64,000 nucleotides of DNA from the human T2T-CHM13v2.0 reference genome, Homo sapiens, in the NCBI RefSeq assembly GCF_009914755.1, contig NC_060926.1. One strand, 5' to 3'. How positions within the stretch are numbered: position 1 is the first letter of the stretch; each line of letters opens with the position of its first letter. Made by a program: the position numbers and the translations under genes. Below the pieces are notes generated by a model. That model was not told the DNA's origin. It searched no databases and saw nothing but the letters and a program-made list of their open reading frames with translations. Positions 42,037 to 56,000 of this stretch are shown here, one piece after another.

Positions 42037-43274
42037 TTGGAGGGCTCACAAGAAGACAGGAAGATGTGGGAAAGTTTGGGACTTTCTAGACAGTTGTTGA
42101 AAGACTTTGACCAAAATGCTGATAGTGATATGTACAATGAAGACCAGGCTGAGGTGGTCTCAGATGGAGATGAGAAACTTGTTGGGAACTGGAGCAAAGG
42201 TCGTTCTTGCTATGCTTTAACGAAGAGACTGGTGGCATTTGTCCCCTGCCCTAGAGATCTGTGGAACTTTGAACTTGAGAGAGATGATTTGGGTGTCTGG
42301 CAGAAGAAATTTCTAAGTGGCATAGTGTTCAAGAGGAAGCAGAGCATAAAAGTTTGGAATATTTGCAGCCTGATGATGTGATAGAAGAGAAAAACCCATT
42401 TTCTAGGGAGAAATTCAAGCCTGCTGCAGAAATTTGCATAAGTAATGAGGAGCTGAATGTTAATCACCAAGACAATGGGGAAAATGTTTCCAGGGCATGT
42501 CAGAGACCTTTGTGGCAGCCCCTCCCATCAGAGACCCAGAGGCCTAGGAGGGAAAAATGGTTTCATGGGCCTGGCCCCGGGCCACCCCCATCCCTGATCC
42601 AACTTGCAGCCTTGGTACATGGTGCCCAACATGCCAGCTGATTCAGCTCTAGCCTTGGCTAAAAAGGGCCAAGGTACAGGTTCAGAGGGTGCAAGTCCAA
42701 GCCTAGGGGTTTCCCCATGGTGTTGACCCTGTGGGTGCACAGAAGTCAAGAACTGAGCTTTGGGAACCTCTGCCTAGATTTCAGAGGATGTATGGAAATA
42801 CCTGGATGTCCAGGCAGAAGTCTGCTGCAGGGATGGAGCCCTCATGGAGAACCTCTGCTAGGGCAGTGCAGAAGGGAAATATGGGGTTGGACCCCCACAC
42901 CGAGTCCCTTCTGGGGCACTGCCTAGTGGAGCTGTGAGAAGAGGGCCACCATCCTCTAGACTCCAGAATGGCAGATCCGCTGACAGCTTGCAACATGAAC
43001 CTGGAAAAGCCACAGACACTCAATGCCAGTTGTGAAAACAGCAGGGAGGAGGACTGTACCCTGCAAAGCCACAGGGGTGGAGCTGCCCAAGGCCATGGGA
43101 GCCCACCTCTTGCATCAGTGTGACTTAGATGTGAGACATGGAGTCAAGGGAGATCATTTTGGAACTTTAAGGTTTAATAATGGCCCTACTGGATTTCAAA
43201 CTTGCATGGGGCCTGTAGTTTGTTTTGGCTGGTTTCTCTCATTTGGAATGGATGTATTTCCCCAATGCTTGTAA
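42037..43274 (+). pseudogene. Frameshifted THE1-int (MaLR gag-related) ORF
   Basis: Consecutive ORF pieces in different frames reproduce the known MaLR internal ORF: EDRKMWESL...CPRDLWNFELERDDLG, LQPDDVIEEKNPFS..., WEPLPRFQRMYGN..., KATGVELPKAMGAH...GVKGDHFG. Confidence 0.85.
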
Positions 43275-43792
43275 CTCTGTTGTATCTGGGAAGTAACAAA
43301 CTTGCTTTTGATTTTACAGGTTTGTAGGTGGAAGGGACTTTCCAGTCTCAGATGAGACTTTGGACTTGGACTTTTGGGTTTATGCTGGAATAAGACTTTG
43401 GGGGACTGTTGGAAGGGCATGACTGTGTTTTAAAATATGAGGACATGAGATTTGGTAGGGTCCTGGGGTGGAATGATATGTTTTGGCTCTGTGTCCCCAC
43501 TCAAATCTCACCTTGAATTGTAATCCTCATTATCCCCGCGGTTCAAGGGCAGCACCAGGTGGAGGTAATTGAATCATGGGGGCAGTTTCCCCCATGCTAT
43601 TGTCATGATAATGAGTGAGTCTCACGAGATCTGATGGTTTTATAAGTGTCTGGCATTTCCCCTGCTGGCACTCATTTTGTCTCCGGCTGCCATGTGAAGA
43701 GGTACTTTCTGCCATGATTGTAAATTTCCTGAGGCCTCCCCAGCAATGCAGATCTGTGAGTCAATTAAACTTCTTTTCTTTATAAATTACTA

Positions 43793-44091
43793 GGACAGGT
43801 GCAGTGGCTCATGCCTGTAATCCTAGCACTTTGGGAGGCGAGGTGGGTGGATCACCTGAGGTCAGGAGTTCAAGACCAACCTGGCCAACATGGTGAAATC
43901 CCATCTCTACGAAAAACATAAAAAATTAGCCGGGCATGGTGGCAGGTGCCTGTAATCCCAGCTACTCGGGAGGCTGAGGCAGGAGAATCACTGAAATTTG
44001 AGGCGGAGTTTACAGTGAGCCAAGATCGTGCCACTGCACTCCAGCCTGGGCAACAAGAGTGAAACTCCATTTCAAAAAAAAAAAAAAAAAA
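43793..44091 (+). mobile_element. AluSq/Sp-like inserted in the THE1D 3' LTR
   Basis: Both arms, GGGCAACAAGAGTGAAACTCC and an A tail. LTR sequence resumes at CCCAGTCTC. Confidence 0.97.
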
Positions 44092-44341
44092 CAACCCAGT
44101 CTCAGATATTTCTTCATAGCAGCATGAGAACAGACTAATACACCAAGTTAGGATCCCATAGAGCACAGATGTATCCGAAGTCCTCAATATGATGTAAGCA
44201 TAAAAGTGCTACCTGTGCTACTATAATCCAATTACCTGGTACAGTGTGCAGAGTGTAATCAGAGTGCCTGGCAAGAAGGAAAGGCCTTTATTGGACTTGC
44301 CTTGCTATCTTAACCCCATTTCAATGGTAGAAATGTCTCAC

Positions 44342-45419
44342 TGTTGCGGGAAGTCAGGGACCCCAAACGGAGGGACCAGCGGAAGTTGTGGCAGAAGAAT
44401 GTGGATTGTGAAGATTTCATGGACATTTATTAGTTCCCCAAATTAATACTTTTATGATTTCTTATGCCTGTCTTTAACTGCAATCTCTAAACACAAATTG
44501 TGAAGATTTCATGGACACTTATCACTTCCCCAATCAATACCCTTGTGATTTCCTATGTCTGTCTTTACTTTAATCTCTTAATACTGTCATCTCATAAGCG
44601 GAGGAAGATGTATGTCACCTAAGGACCCTGTGTTGATTGCGTTAACTGCACAAATTGTAAAGCATGTGTGTTTGAACAATATGAAATCTGGGCATCTTGA
44701 AAAAAGAACAGGATAACAGCAATGTTCAGGGAACAAGAGAGATAACTTTAAACTCTGACCGCTGGTGAGCCGGGTGGAACAGAGCCATATTTCTCTTCTT
44801 TCAAAAGCAAATGGGAGAAATATCGCTGAATTCTTTTTCTTAGCAAGGAACATCCCTGAGAAAGAGAATGCGCCCCTGAGGGTGGGCCTCTAAAATGGCC
44901 CCCTTGGGTGTGGCCATCTCCTGTGGTCGAGACTGTAGGGATGAAATAAGCCCCAGTCTCCCATAGTGCTCCCAGGCTTATTAGGACGAGGAAATTCCCA
45001 CCTAATAAATTTTGGTCAGACCGGTTGCTCTCAAACCCTGTCTCCTGATAAGATGTTATCAATGACAGTGGTGCCCGAAACTTCATTAGCAATTTTAATT
45101 TCGCTCTGGTCCTGTGGTCCTGTGATCTTGCCCTGCCTCCATTTGCCTTGTGATATGCTATTACCTTGTGAAGCACGTGATCTCCGTGACCCACACCCTA
45201 TTCATACACTCCCTCCCCTTTTGAAAATCACTAATAAAAACTTGCTGGTTTTATGGCTCAGGGGTCATCACGGAACCTACTAACATGTGATGTCTCCCTC
45301 AGACGCCCAGCTTTAAAATTTCTCTCTTTTGTACTCTGTCCCTTTATTTCTCAACCCAGCCGATGCTTAGGGAAAGTAGAAAACAACCAACGTGACTATC
45401 GGGGGCAGGTTCCCAGATA
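44342..45419 (+). mobile_element. MER11 solo LTR (HERV-K11/HML-8 LTR)
   Basis: Starts TGTTGCGGGAAGTCAGGGACCCC and ends GGGGGCAGGTTCCCAGATA; 1078 bp. AATAAA at ~45233. Perfect 6-bp TSD TCTCAC at 44336-44341 and 45420-45425. Confidence 0.95.
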
Positions 45420-46597
45420 TCTCACCTTCCAAGAAAAAGAAAGTTAGATAGAGAGAATTTGGTGCCTGCTGTATGGATATGAATTTAGTATGAGGAATCA
45501 CCAATTTTGTAATCTGGGCAAAGCTCAACTGTGAATGAAGTTTTGGTAAAAAAATAAAAATATTAAAATTTGAAATGAGAAAGAGAAGAACATTAATGCA
45601 GTTGTTTTGCAAAGATGACAGTGGATTTGATCACTTACCCTGGAACCCTGGATTCCATGTCAGGAAACTTTTTAGTTCCCTTCCAAGGACAATGACTTTG
45701 GAATTAAGCTTTTTGTATATATGAGTTTACAAGTTCACCCAGAGTAGTAACAAGGACACACAAATTTGTAGCATACTTGGGTTTTTCCTGAGTTTTATAC
45801 CTCAGGAAACAGCAGAGCTGTATTTTGGTGTAGTGTTGAGCTGGGAAATGTGTGTGATATTTAAGCAGATATATAAGTGTAATGAAGCATGTACATACAT
45901 ATCTTCTGAAATTTATTCATAACGTAAAACCATGATGAGTTCTAATTTTACCCTTTGCTAAGCCATTTGTTCTTTATTCTAAAAATATAAACCAATGACA
46001 CAATCGTAAATATAGAGGCTTTGGTGGTAACACCTGAAAGAGCAATGATGAAATTATGATTTGCTATTTGAAGAGAAGACAATAAGATGAAAAACAAATA
46101 GGTTAAAGAATAAAACAAGAGACTGTAGGACATCAGACTCTCTTCAGAAATATTCAATATGTAGAGATATACATATTAAAAAGCATACAGTTCTTAAAAG
46201 CATCTGAGTAGAGAATGTTTATGAAAGTGCCCATAAACCATAAAGCACTATACAAGTATGTGATGATTTATATGATTATTATATTTTAGGATAAGAAAGA
46301 GAAAATACTTTATAACTAATGTATCACATACATGGTGTGTTCTATTCAGAAGCCATTTAGGATCTGTCATAGAGTGATCCTTCAGTGCTTTAAGGGAACT
46401 TTCAATTCTTATTGTTTTGATGGCTTATACATTTCTAATTACTACTACTTCTATCACATATCCCTGAGAAAGAGTAAGAGAAGCATAAAGTTATGACATG
46501 AAGGTGATATGAGAAACATTTTAAAGATGGAAAGGGAAAAGGAAGTAGGAATATACAGGAGAAAAACAAAATTGGGAACATAAAACTAAAATTGAAA

Positions 46598-46710
46598 ATC
46601 ATTTATCATTCAATTAATTCAATCAACATATATTTATTGAATTAAATGTCAGTTAAATGCCAAGCATTGCTCAGACTTGGGAATACAGAAATGAAAAAAT
46701 CAAGGAAATT
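46598..46710 (-). mobile_element. L2 3' end fragment
   Basis: ATTCAATCAACATATATTTATTGA...TGCCAAGCATTGCTCAGACTTGGGAATACAGAAATGAA. Confidence 0.7.
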
Positions 46711-49700
46711 AAATGTTTATGGTTTTCTTGAGTTCCTTGAAGGAAAGTCCTTATCTGAAGGAGACAAAATGGACTATGACTGGCTTAGAGTATCTTGACT
46801 AATACCTTTTCTTGTAGAGGGGATTCTTTCAGCTTCATGCATGACCTCAAGACAGCCAGAGGTACTGTTTTCACACAAGATGTGATATGTTGGGTCACTG
46901 GTCAAATGGTTGATCATGTGTCAGTAGCAGTACTTAGGTGCAATTTTGTGGGCTTTTTTCTCCATCATGTCAAAAAATACACAGTATTGAGGAATACACA
47001 ACATCATTTATTTTGAAAAATGGACACCCCTACCCCAGTCAATGAACTGAAGGAGTGGCATCAGGAGTTTCATAGTGGCTTAGTAGGGGACAAAGAGATA
47101 TGACAGAAGTCATTCATTTATGGGAGCCACAGAACAAATGGGGAGTGGAAAGATGCTGTCATTAGTCTGAGGTTGTGAAACATGTTTAACACAGCCCAGC
47201 TGCACTGATAGTAACTGAGGAAAGCTTAACTAGCAATTGATCTATACATTTGGGAAAGAAGATTTTATTCAGCAAAGACATAAATAATGAAATGTTGCCA
47301 AGTTCCTGGGTAGCTGAGTTTCAGAAAAACAACTATAAGGGGCAAGGACCTCATAGCTCTGCAAAATGATTCAGAAGGAGTGTGTGTTTGCTGTGGAATG
47401 GTGGCTGGTTGGCTTCCATTAGGTCTCACAATATGGTATTCTTTGCTTTAGTGGATATACATGGCCCAGAGACTGATCTTCAGTTTTGCAAGCTTAACAA
47501 CTTGATTTTTATTGGTACATCATGAGTAGATTCGCCTCTCAGGACTGAGCTCATGGTAACCAAGTTCATGTGACTGATGTGTAAAACCATAACTGCCAAT
47601 TTACTCGTTTTATTGATAGTGAAATATATCTGTCTCTAAGATGAATCTATTCCAAGTCTAGAAGATACACTCAATTTTTTCCCTCTAGGCAATCAAATTG
47701 TAATCAGAAGATGAGTTGATGAGAGTTGAATCAAAATAAAGGAAATTCAACTAAACAAATGTTTAATGATGTGACATTAATGTAACTTGATGCATAAGCT
47801 AAGAATAAAAATGGACTTCCTCAAGAGTTCTGAAAACCTAAAGTGTCCCTGCCATGGATAGTGTCATCTAATTTTTGTCTTTGACATATTCCATTTTCTT
47901 TGCTTCCACTATTAACCAAACCCCTCTAATTTATAATCAGATGGTGGGACATAAACTGGATTTGGAAATTTGTATGAGAATCAGATACAGTGTTCTAGAG
48001 GAAAAACATTGAATGCCCTGGAGAACACACAAGGAACTATTATGTCTTTTGGAGTGATTGTTAGCACTCCCCAATTCCTGGAATTGTTCTGCACAGGTAG
48101 ATCATATGGCAACTGGAAAATGGACTAGACAGTTATGGTCTAGAATTGACATCGACTTCATTGTTATCAATGAAAAACTCTGAATTGTGTGTCCCAAGTG
48201 ATCACGCCTTCAGTCAGGAAGACATTTACGTTCAAGTTACCAAAAAATTTGAAGGCACAAACTGAGATGCGAAAAGATCACTTGAGGAGAATCTGTAATC
48301 ATTGGTGAAAGGTCAGGAGCTTAGGTAGAAAAAGTATCTTCCAAAGTGATTTTTGGTGTGTTTTACTTATGCATTTTTTGAACACTTTTTATCCTCCTGT
48401 ACCCCTGCCTCTGCAGTTTAGAATCTAAACACAGTGATAAACATCTAGCCTCCTCCATACTGCTCATCCTATTAACTGGGGGAAGCTGATTTGTAAAAAT
48501 GGCTCTTGAAACAAGAACAATAAGATGGGAGGAGAAAGAATGCAAGGGAAAGATGCTAGACTTTCCAAAGCTTTTAGGCCAAAACACTCGAGTTCCAGGA
48601 AGAAAGTTTTCCTCTTGGAAAGTCTTCCTTCATGTGTGTTCACCCTGAAGCCCTTAAGTAGGTCTTCTAGGCACTGCAAGGACGTTAGCCAGCATATTAT
48701 ATCTAATGAATGCTGGCACAGCACAGCAGCAGAGGAGGAGTAGACTCCAGGAATCAGAGAGCAAGTTAAATTAGCCCAAATGCTAAGCAGGCCCTATTGC
48801 TATTATGTATATGAAGCTTTGGGCTTTGAAATTTCCCTTCCAGAAACATTTTATTGCATTATCTCCCCAACAGAGCCCAGCTTTGTTGGTTCTTGGACAA
48901 CCTTTCTTCAGAAGCACAAACACGAGGGGCTGCTGTCCCGCAGAATGACATGAATTATAGCATGAATGTATATAGTCAGGCAATGATTGACTCCTATTTG
49001 ATTGTATGTAACCTAATATTAATAGGAGAACTGAGAGGGGAGAAAAAAATTCTTACTAATTTATAATTAATTAATTTTTCTTTATTTCTTTGGTGCTAGC
49101 CAGGCCTTTAGAAATATTAAATTCAATTTTAACTTCTTAATAAAAACAAGATGTGGAAAATTCAAAGGAAGTTCATGAAAGCCTTGATGCAAAAGTGCCT
49201 TCCAAGGTGTACAGGAGGCCTTTGTTTCCCAAATTCTTTACTGATGTCAACAGAGCAGCTATTCTTTAAAAGCGACAAGCTTGGAATCATTTTCAACTTT
49301 GTTTTATTTAGCTTTTAATTTCAATCAGCCTGTCTCAAATTTTACTGAAACTTCATTTCTTTTATTTGGCCATTCCTGTTCACTTTCCTCTGTCCTGATT
49401 ATCCCAACTTTAGAAATTACTACAAGGGTAACTGAGTTGGGCAATGGTAACTGCTTCTGGTTCCTGTACCTCTATTTTTTACCTGAATCTCAACTTCAAA
49501 ATCATTTTATTACACCAATTTTCTAAAATAGCTACTTTTTTGATCTTTGACAAAATACATACACTTCTAAGTGTCTCTGCTAATTAAATATTTCACCATC
49601 TTCAAATTTAATTAGTAGGTATTCTAACCATTGCAGTCTTTGGAAGTCATCCTAAGCAACTCACCCTATAGGGAGAACTGCAAATACACTACCAAAAAGA

Positions 49701-50344
49701 CTGGAGCATCTCCTAAAAATATTCCCATTACAAATGAAATAAAAATAAAGATACAATCTTTTAGTGTATAGAGAAACATGAGGCAGCATGGTGACATCGG
49801 TAACATGGAAAAGAGTAGTTAAGTAGAAAAGATTGATAACAAATTGTGTCCCAGATGCGATTCTCTGATTCTACATGGCTGGTATAGGCTGATAGATCTT
49901 CATCTAGAGCCTGGGACAGGGTAATGTATTTTGGTAAAGGGGTTAAAATATTTCTTGAGGACATTCAGTTCCCTTTGCTCTCATTCTGGCTATGCTATAT
50001 GATTTTATGCTAAATAAAATAATAAGAGGCTCATTGTGAACCGGGAACCAATTTGCTGATTTTTAGTTGGCACTACAAAGTTGTTGACCTGGGGAAAGCA
50101 CCTATTTTGTGCATGGGCCATCCCTTCTCAGGGAGCAGATGCACTCAAAGGGTTAGGGTTACAGTTAGTATGAATTGAGCACTTGCAGATGATCAACTTC
50201 AGATGAAGTAAGAAAATAGCACTTATGAAACCAAAACTGGAAATACTGATCTCAAGACAAACTCCTGGCCCAGGAAGACCACATACCTCTAAGCCTAGCA
50301 ATATTTCTGGGACAACTCCTTAAGGATCTTTATGATGATTCTAC

Positions 50345-50460
50345 GCATTTATGTTCATAAAATTGACCTGGGGGGTTTGTTAAGAATGTAGACCTTTTGG
50401 CCCAATGCCCAGGGATTCTGAGGTAGGTGGTTCACTGTCTTCATTTTGAGAAATATTGTT
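50345..50460. mobile_element. MER5-like fragment
   Basis: ACCTGGGGGGTTTGTTAAGAATGTAGAC...CCCAGGGATTCTGA...TTTGAGAAATATTG. Confidence 0.55.
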
Positions 50461-51972
50461 TGATTGATATAAATCCTTAAATGTAGCTTAAATTGTTTGG
50501 TATTTGTCTGTCTACAACTCACTCATTTCTAAGGACATAGCTTTGCATGTGAATGTATATGAACTTAGTGTAGATCAGGCATGGTACATGTGAGACAGGT
50601 ACACTGCTGATCTCTCCTACTGGATCCACGACAGACACCTTGAACTTGATTCTAACACTTTTTCCCACTGAATCCAGGTGTGATCTCAGAATCCATCTCA
50701 ACACCTGTTCCCAGAAGCTGCTACTCATTGATAGGCTTTGGCATGTGATCAAACCAGTTTGCCTACTTCATTCTAGATCAGTGCCTCTCAATCTTGGCTC
50801 CTGTGAGAAGGGCTTGAGGAGACATAGAGGAATCTTCAGCTCTAACCTTGTACACAGAAGGTGTGTGGCATGGTGCCTGGGACAGAGTAGGTATTTAGTA
50901 TTTCTTCTCTTTCTTTCCACATTAGTTAGGAAAGATTCTCAAGACCTCCTAGTCTCTGGCCCACCACCAAATAAGTATCTTGATAAAACACAGTGAAGTC
51001 CTTCTGGTGTCCATCTGTCTATATGATTCTGGCCATCCCCAGGATGACAGAGAAGAGGGAGGGCTCATTGATCATTCATTCTCTATGTGGTAGGATCATT
51101 TCCAGGTTAGAGGGATACCTTTGTTTTTGAGGACATGTTCACCTCAGGCTTTTGACTTATATATAATTGTATATATTACATAACGCCAGAACTGGGACTT
51201 AATTAAGGTGCAAGGCTTTGGGAAAAACCCATAGTCTTAAGTTCTAGATTTTTCACCTATCATTTCCTTTGAACCCTAGGAAAGTGCCTTTGTGGGCATT
51301 TATTCTTCTTTTTAAGTTGATAATAATTTGGAACCATTAGTAGAGAGGGTGATTTTGGTTTTTGAGATGTTCTCAAAATATAGAGATTTTCTGTTGTTGG
51401 GAATGTTGGAATTTAACAAATAATTTAAAACACACACTTCTTATTATTTTAGAAAAGCTCCATAGTCTGCTTTATTTGTGCCTTAATGGGTCAAGCTATT
51501 TGCATTACTTTTAGATTTCTCGCTGATCATTTAAGTGCCTGAGAAAGTGCTGGGACACAAAAGGTAAACTTGGCAAATCTTTCATGAATTTGTTCATTGA
51601 TTTCTAGAGATTTTATGTGTTATGAGCTAGAAAGTGGCTTTATACATCCAAGCAGAGTGACAGAGATTTCTTTCATGATGAGTTGTGATTAAAAGGCAAT
51701 GTTCCATCCATTAATACCAAATACCTCTGTATAACAAACACACACACACAAGCTCCAACATTATTGTCATATGACAAAGTAGAAACAAAATTTCCCCAAA
51801 GAAGATCAGACAGCGGCTGTATTTCTGGTAGTTTTATTCCCTAACTACAAAAAATTTTATGTGCACAATGGCCATGATTCTACTTGGAATTAAGAATACT
51901 CTTTATTATCTTGGTTCAGCCTGATTGAATATCTGTGTTTGGTGCCAATTTTTTCCCCTAAAAACGCAAACA

Positions 51973-52375
<403 letters not shown>

Positions 52376-52563
52376 TTAAGAGGAACCAAAAATGAGAGAA
52401 ATTAGTATGTAATTCAAAAAATGTTTTGAAATAAAATTTGATTTGTAGAATCAATGAATTATGACATTTCAGACCAGGTAGAGATGTTAGTAATTATCTA
52501 TTTCAACTCCCTCATGTTGTAGTTGTGGAAACTGAGACTCACATTAAGAAACTTCTCAGACGT

Positions 52564-52878
<315 letters not shown>

Positions 52879-53029
52879 TCAGATGCTCCATAGTTTGTTA
52901 GTGTCATGCTCTGAATCACATGGTCTTTCACCCGTATTCCCTTAACATAATTTAAAATAAGTACTTAGAATTCTTTTTTTCGCATTGTCATTGGTTACAC
53001 TTCTCCACATCCTTAGGAGGCAGATGGGG

Positions 53030-53172
53030 AAGCCTCAGTGCCTGTCCTCAACTTAATGGATTCAAAATGGGAATTTCTTGATTTTCAGAATGTGTAAAAC
53101 CACAATTAAATGAGATAACATACGCAAAGCGTCCAGGACAGCTCTTGGCAAATAGCAGATGCTCAATAAAGA
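53030..53172 (+). mobile_element. MIR 3' half
   Basis: ATTAAATGAGATAACATACGCAAAGCG...TAGCAGATGCTCAATAAA. Confidence 0.7.
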
Positions 53173-55551
53173 TTTTTTTTTTCCATTTCTCTTTCCGCCT
53201 CAGTTCCCATTCAGACATTTGACATTTAATTATTCTTTTCAGTAATTGTACTTTGAAAACAGTGTTATTGGAATGATAGATGTATCTTCCCTTTCTGTAT
53301 CATATTCTTTTGAAGACCGTTTATATTAGACAAAAACAGGTAGCGGGAGGAGGATGAAGTCTGGGACTCACAAGGTTTTGAGCAAGATTCTCCGAGACCC
53401 TATGGCACAAGGGTGTTAGTTTCTCTTGTAGTTGAGAGACTGGGTTATAATTTGTGTTGAAGCTACATGGGTTTTCAGCAGCAGGTTTTGTACATAACAG
53501 GGAGTTTCTGGATCTTGTTAGCTCAGGGCAAAAAGTCATGCTTTGGAGCAGTTACCCCAGCAGGAGGAGAAAAGATGATGGTTGGTAATTACATCAGTTT
53601 TGCACTGTTGAGCAGATGTTCTTGCAGATAGATTTTGGCTGGCATTTACAGAATATCACTGGTGATTCTCATGATAGTGTCAGAGCTGCTACAAATGGAG
53701 GGAACTGCAGGTCTATAAAACATTGCAAGAAGGAGAATGAAGGAACCAGAAGTCTAGAAGTTAAAAAACAACTTTTAAAGAGGGCTCCACCAAGATTTGC
53801 TTAGAGGCAGCAGTTTTGCTGGATTGGATAATTAGATCTAATATACATCTGGTAACTTATTTTGTTATTTAACTTTGAAAATAATTTGGTCCTCCATCAG
53901 TGTTTAAAAAAAGTAGATTATTTCTTTTTAAAATAAGGAACAATTTAGAAAATTGATGAGGGAGCTAAATGTTGATTAGGACAGAAAATTAACCAGCAAG
54001 ATCAACACATACAGTGGGTAATTAAAAAGAATGACTAAAAGCGATGTTGATAGGAAGTGCTATCCATTTGGCTAGAAAATTCGGTTAACTTCACATCAGA
54101 CCAAAATTGGGATGGTCAGCAATGAGATACTACTGGACAACAAAGTGCCTTTTAGGAAGGGACAGTTACAACCTCTTGGCTTAAAAATCCTTCCAAATAT
54201 TTCTTGTTCAGTTTTTTAAAGTCTAGATCTATGTCCTCTTCTCTATATGCTCTGGAATATGTAGGTATACTACTAGCACTAGATCTTGAAAACTTCCTTG
54301 GTTTTGTCATAAGTAACTGTAAAGTCTTCTTTATATAAGGTGATGAAATTATTATTTTTTTCATTTACTGGCAGGTAATTTTAAAAGAAAAAAGAAACTC
54401 TAATACATTCATAATTGTATTGGAATTCATAGTGTTCATTTCCCTGGCCACAGAAACACTGACTTTCAACACTGCCACCTTGCTGTCATGAACTCTTCTG
54501 TGTAAATGATTTGAGAGAGAGAGATGAAGTGGCAGCCTTCCATTTTCTAAATGAAACATGAGTATTCACCTTACCTGTCTCACTACCTTCAGGAGTGAAC
54601 GTGGGAAATGCAATACTTAGAGTAGACCAGAAGGTGCAAACGTGTAGCATGGCTGGCTCCACAGCTGGTATCTAGGATAAATGGCACATAGAATAGATAC
54701 TCAATAAATGTCAGTTAAGTGAGTAAACAGGTCAAGAGTAGAGGAACAGAATGCTGTGGAGAGAGAGGGCTTCCAGAAGGAATATCTCAGCATAATTTGT
54801 ATCTGTTCAGGTTGTTTGACTGCCTCATGATGTGCCACAAAAGGACATGCAGGTACAAGAGAAGATGACAAGGGAACAGCAGAATCATATTTAAGGCAAC
54901 GGTAACAACAATATGCAAATTAAATGTACATCTCACCCCTTGGTCTTTAATCTCTAACGCCATGTGAGAAAAGACTCTTGGAGAACGGTGACCATAAACC
55001 ACCAGATTTCACTGTCCTGCATATCTTCTAGTGCTGCGTCTCTGGCCTCAGGCTTCCATGTCATCTCACCCAGGCTCTTACTCCCCACCTTTGTAAATCA
55101 TAGTCTTCTCTCTTAGACTCCATGTTGAACAAAGTCGGTTTTTTGAGAGCTTTCTTTTTCCTCATGAGTGCTCAGCTGCAGCCCCTCAGTCTCCTCATTA
55201 CCTGCTGGTGAATGCCCTTCCTCTCCTTGGACTTGCCGTGGTCTCACCTCCCTGCCTGGTCCTGTCCTTTTTATCTGTCATAGGCCAACTGCCATGTGAC
55301 TTCCAGAAAGTCCTTGATCACTCCTGTCCACTCGAAGTTCATCCTCCTCAGAGCTCCGTGACTTTTTATAACTTTATATTGCCTCCAGCTGTTGCTTAAG
55401 TCTTTCACAGGCAACATTTGAACCCTTCAACTAGGTCTCAGGTCTGAAAAGGAGGACTTTCTCATTTTTGTCCTTTCACTTATTCACTCAACAACTACTT
55501 GAATAAGTCACTGAGTAGTGACGTCCATATCTCATGGGCTGTTCTGCACCC

Positions 55552-55712
55552 TTTGCTACTCAAAAGTGTGGTCTCCCATCCAGCAACATCAGCAGCACCT
55601 GGAGTTTGTCAGAAATCTAGACTCTCAGGCCCCAACCCAGACTTCCTGAATTAAAATCTGCATTTCCCAATATCCTCATGACTCCCCTGCCCACTGAAGC
55701 TGGAGCAGCAGT
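55552..55712. mobile_element. MER5A
   Basis: GCTACTCAAAAGTGTGGTC...CAGCAACATCAGCAGCACCTGG...CTCAGGCCCCAACCCAGAC...AATCTGCATTT. Confidence 0.85.
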
Positions 55713-55779
55713 AATCTAGGACAGAGGTTATCGTGGAGAGAAGGAACGGGGAGTGTCTTGCTCTGGTGATCGGTGATCG

Positions 55780-56000
55780 TCATAGCATCGTGGGTCAGAG
55801 CCTGAGTGTGAGTTGGAACCCTGCCTCCTTCAATTACTAGTTGCCTGAGTTTGGGTAAATTATTTAACTGTCTGTGCCTGAGTTTTCCGATTTGTGAAAT
55901 GAGGATAATAATTGCATCAACTTTGTAGGAATGTTGTATAGATTACATGAGTCAAATGCATGTAAAGCACTGGCCACAGTGCCTGGCACTCAGTGAACAG
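55780..56000 (+). mobile_element. MIR
   Basis: TTGGGTAAATTATTTAACTGTCTGTGCCTGAGTTTTCC...ATGTAAAGCACTGGCCACAGTGCCTGGCAC. Confidence 0.85.

Larger units (their letters stand above)
41581..44142 (+). mobile_element. Complete THE1D MaLR provirus: 5' LTR 41581-41941, internal 41942-43473, 3' LTR 43474-44142 (Alu-interrupted)
   Basis: Two direct LTRs TGATATG...ACA, with a purine-rich PPT before the 3' LTR. TSD CCGAG (41576-41580) / CCAAG (44143-44147). THE1D-type GCATCTGGCATTTCCCCTGC. Confidence 0.95.

Noticed and set aside
44406-44580. ~90-bp direct repeat (ATTGTGAAGATTTCATGGACA...)
   Set aside because: As recalled, this is an intrinsic feature of the MER11 consensus, not a locus-specific array.
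44748-45283. 148-aa and 105-aa ORFs
   Set aside because: They lie entirely inside the MER11 LTR and have no coding signature.
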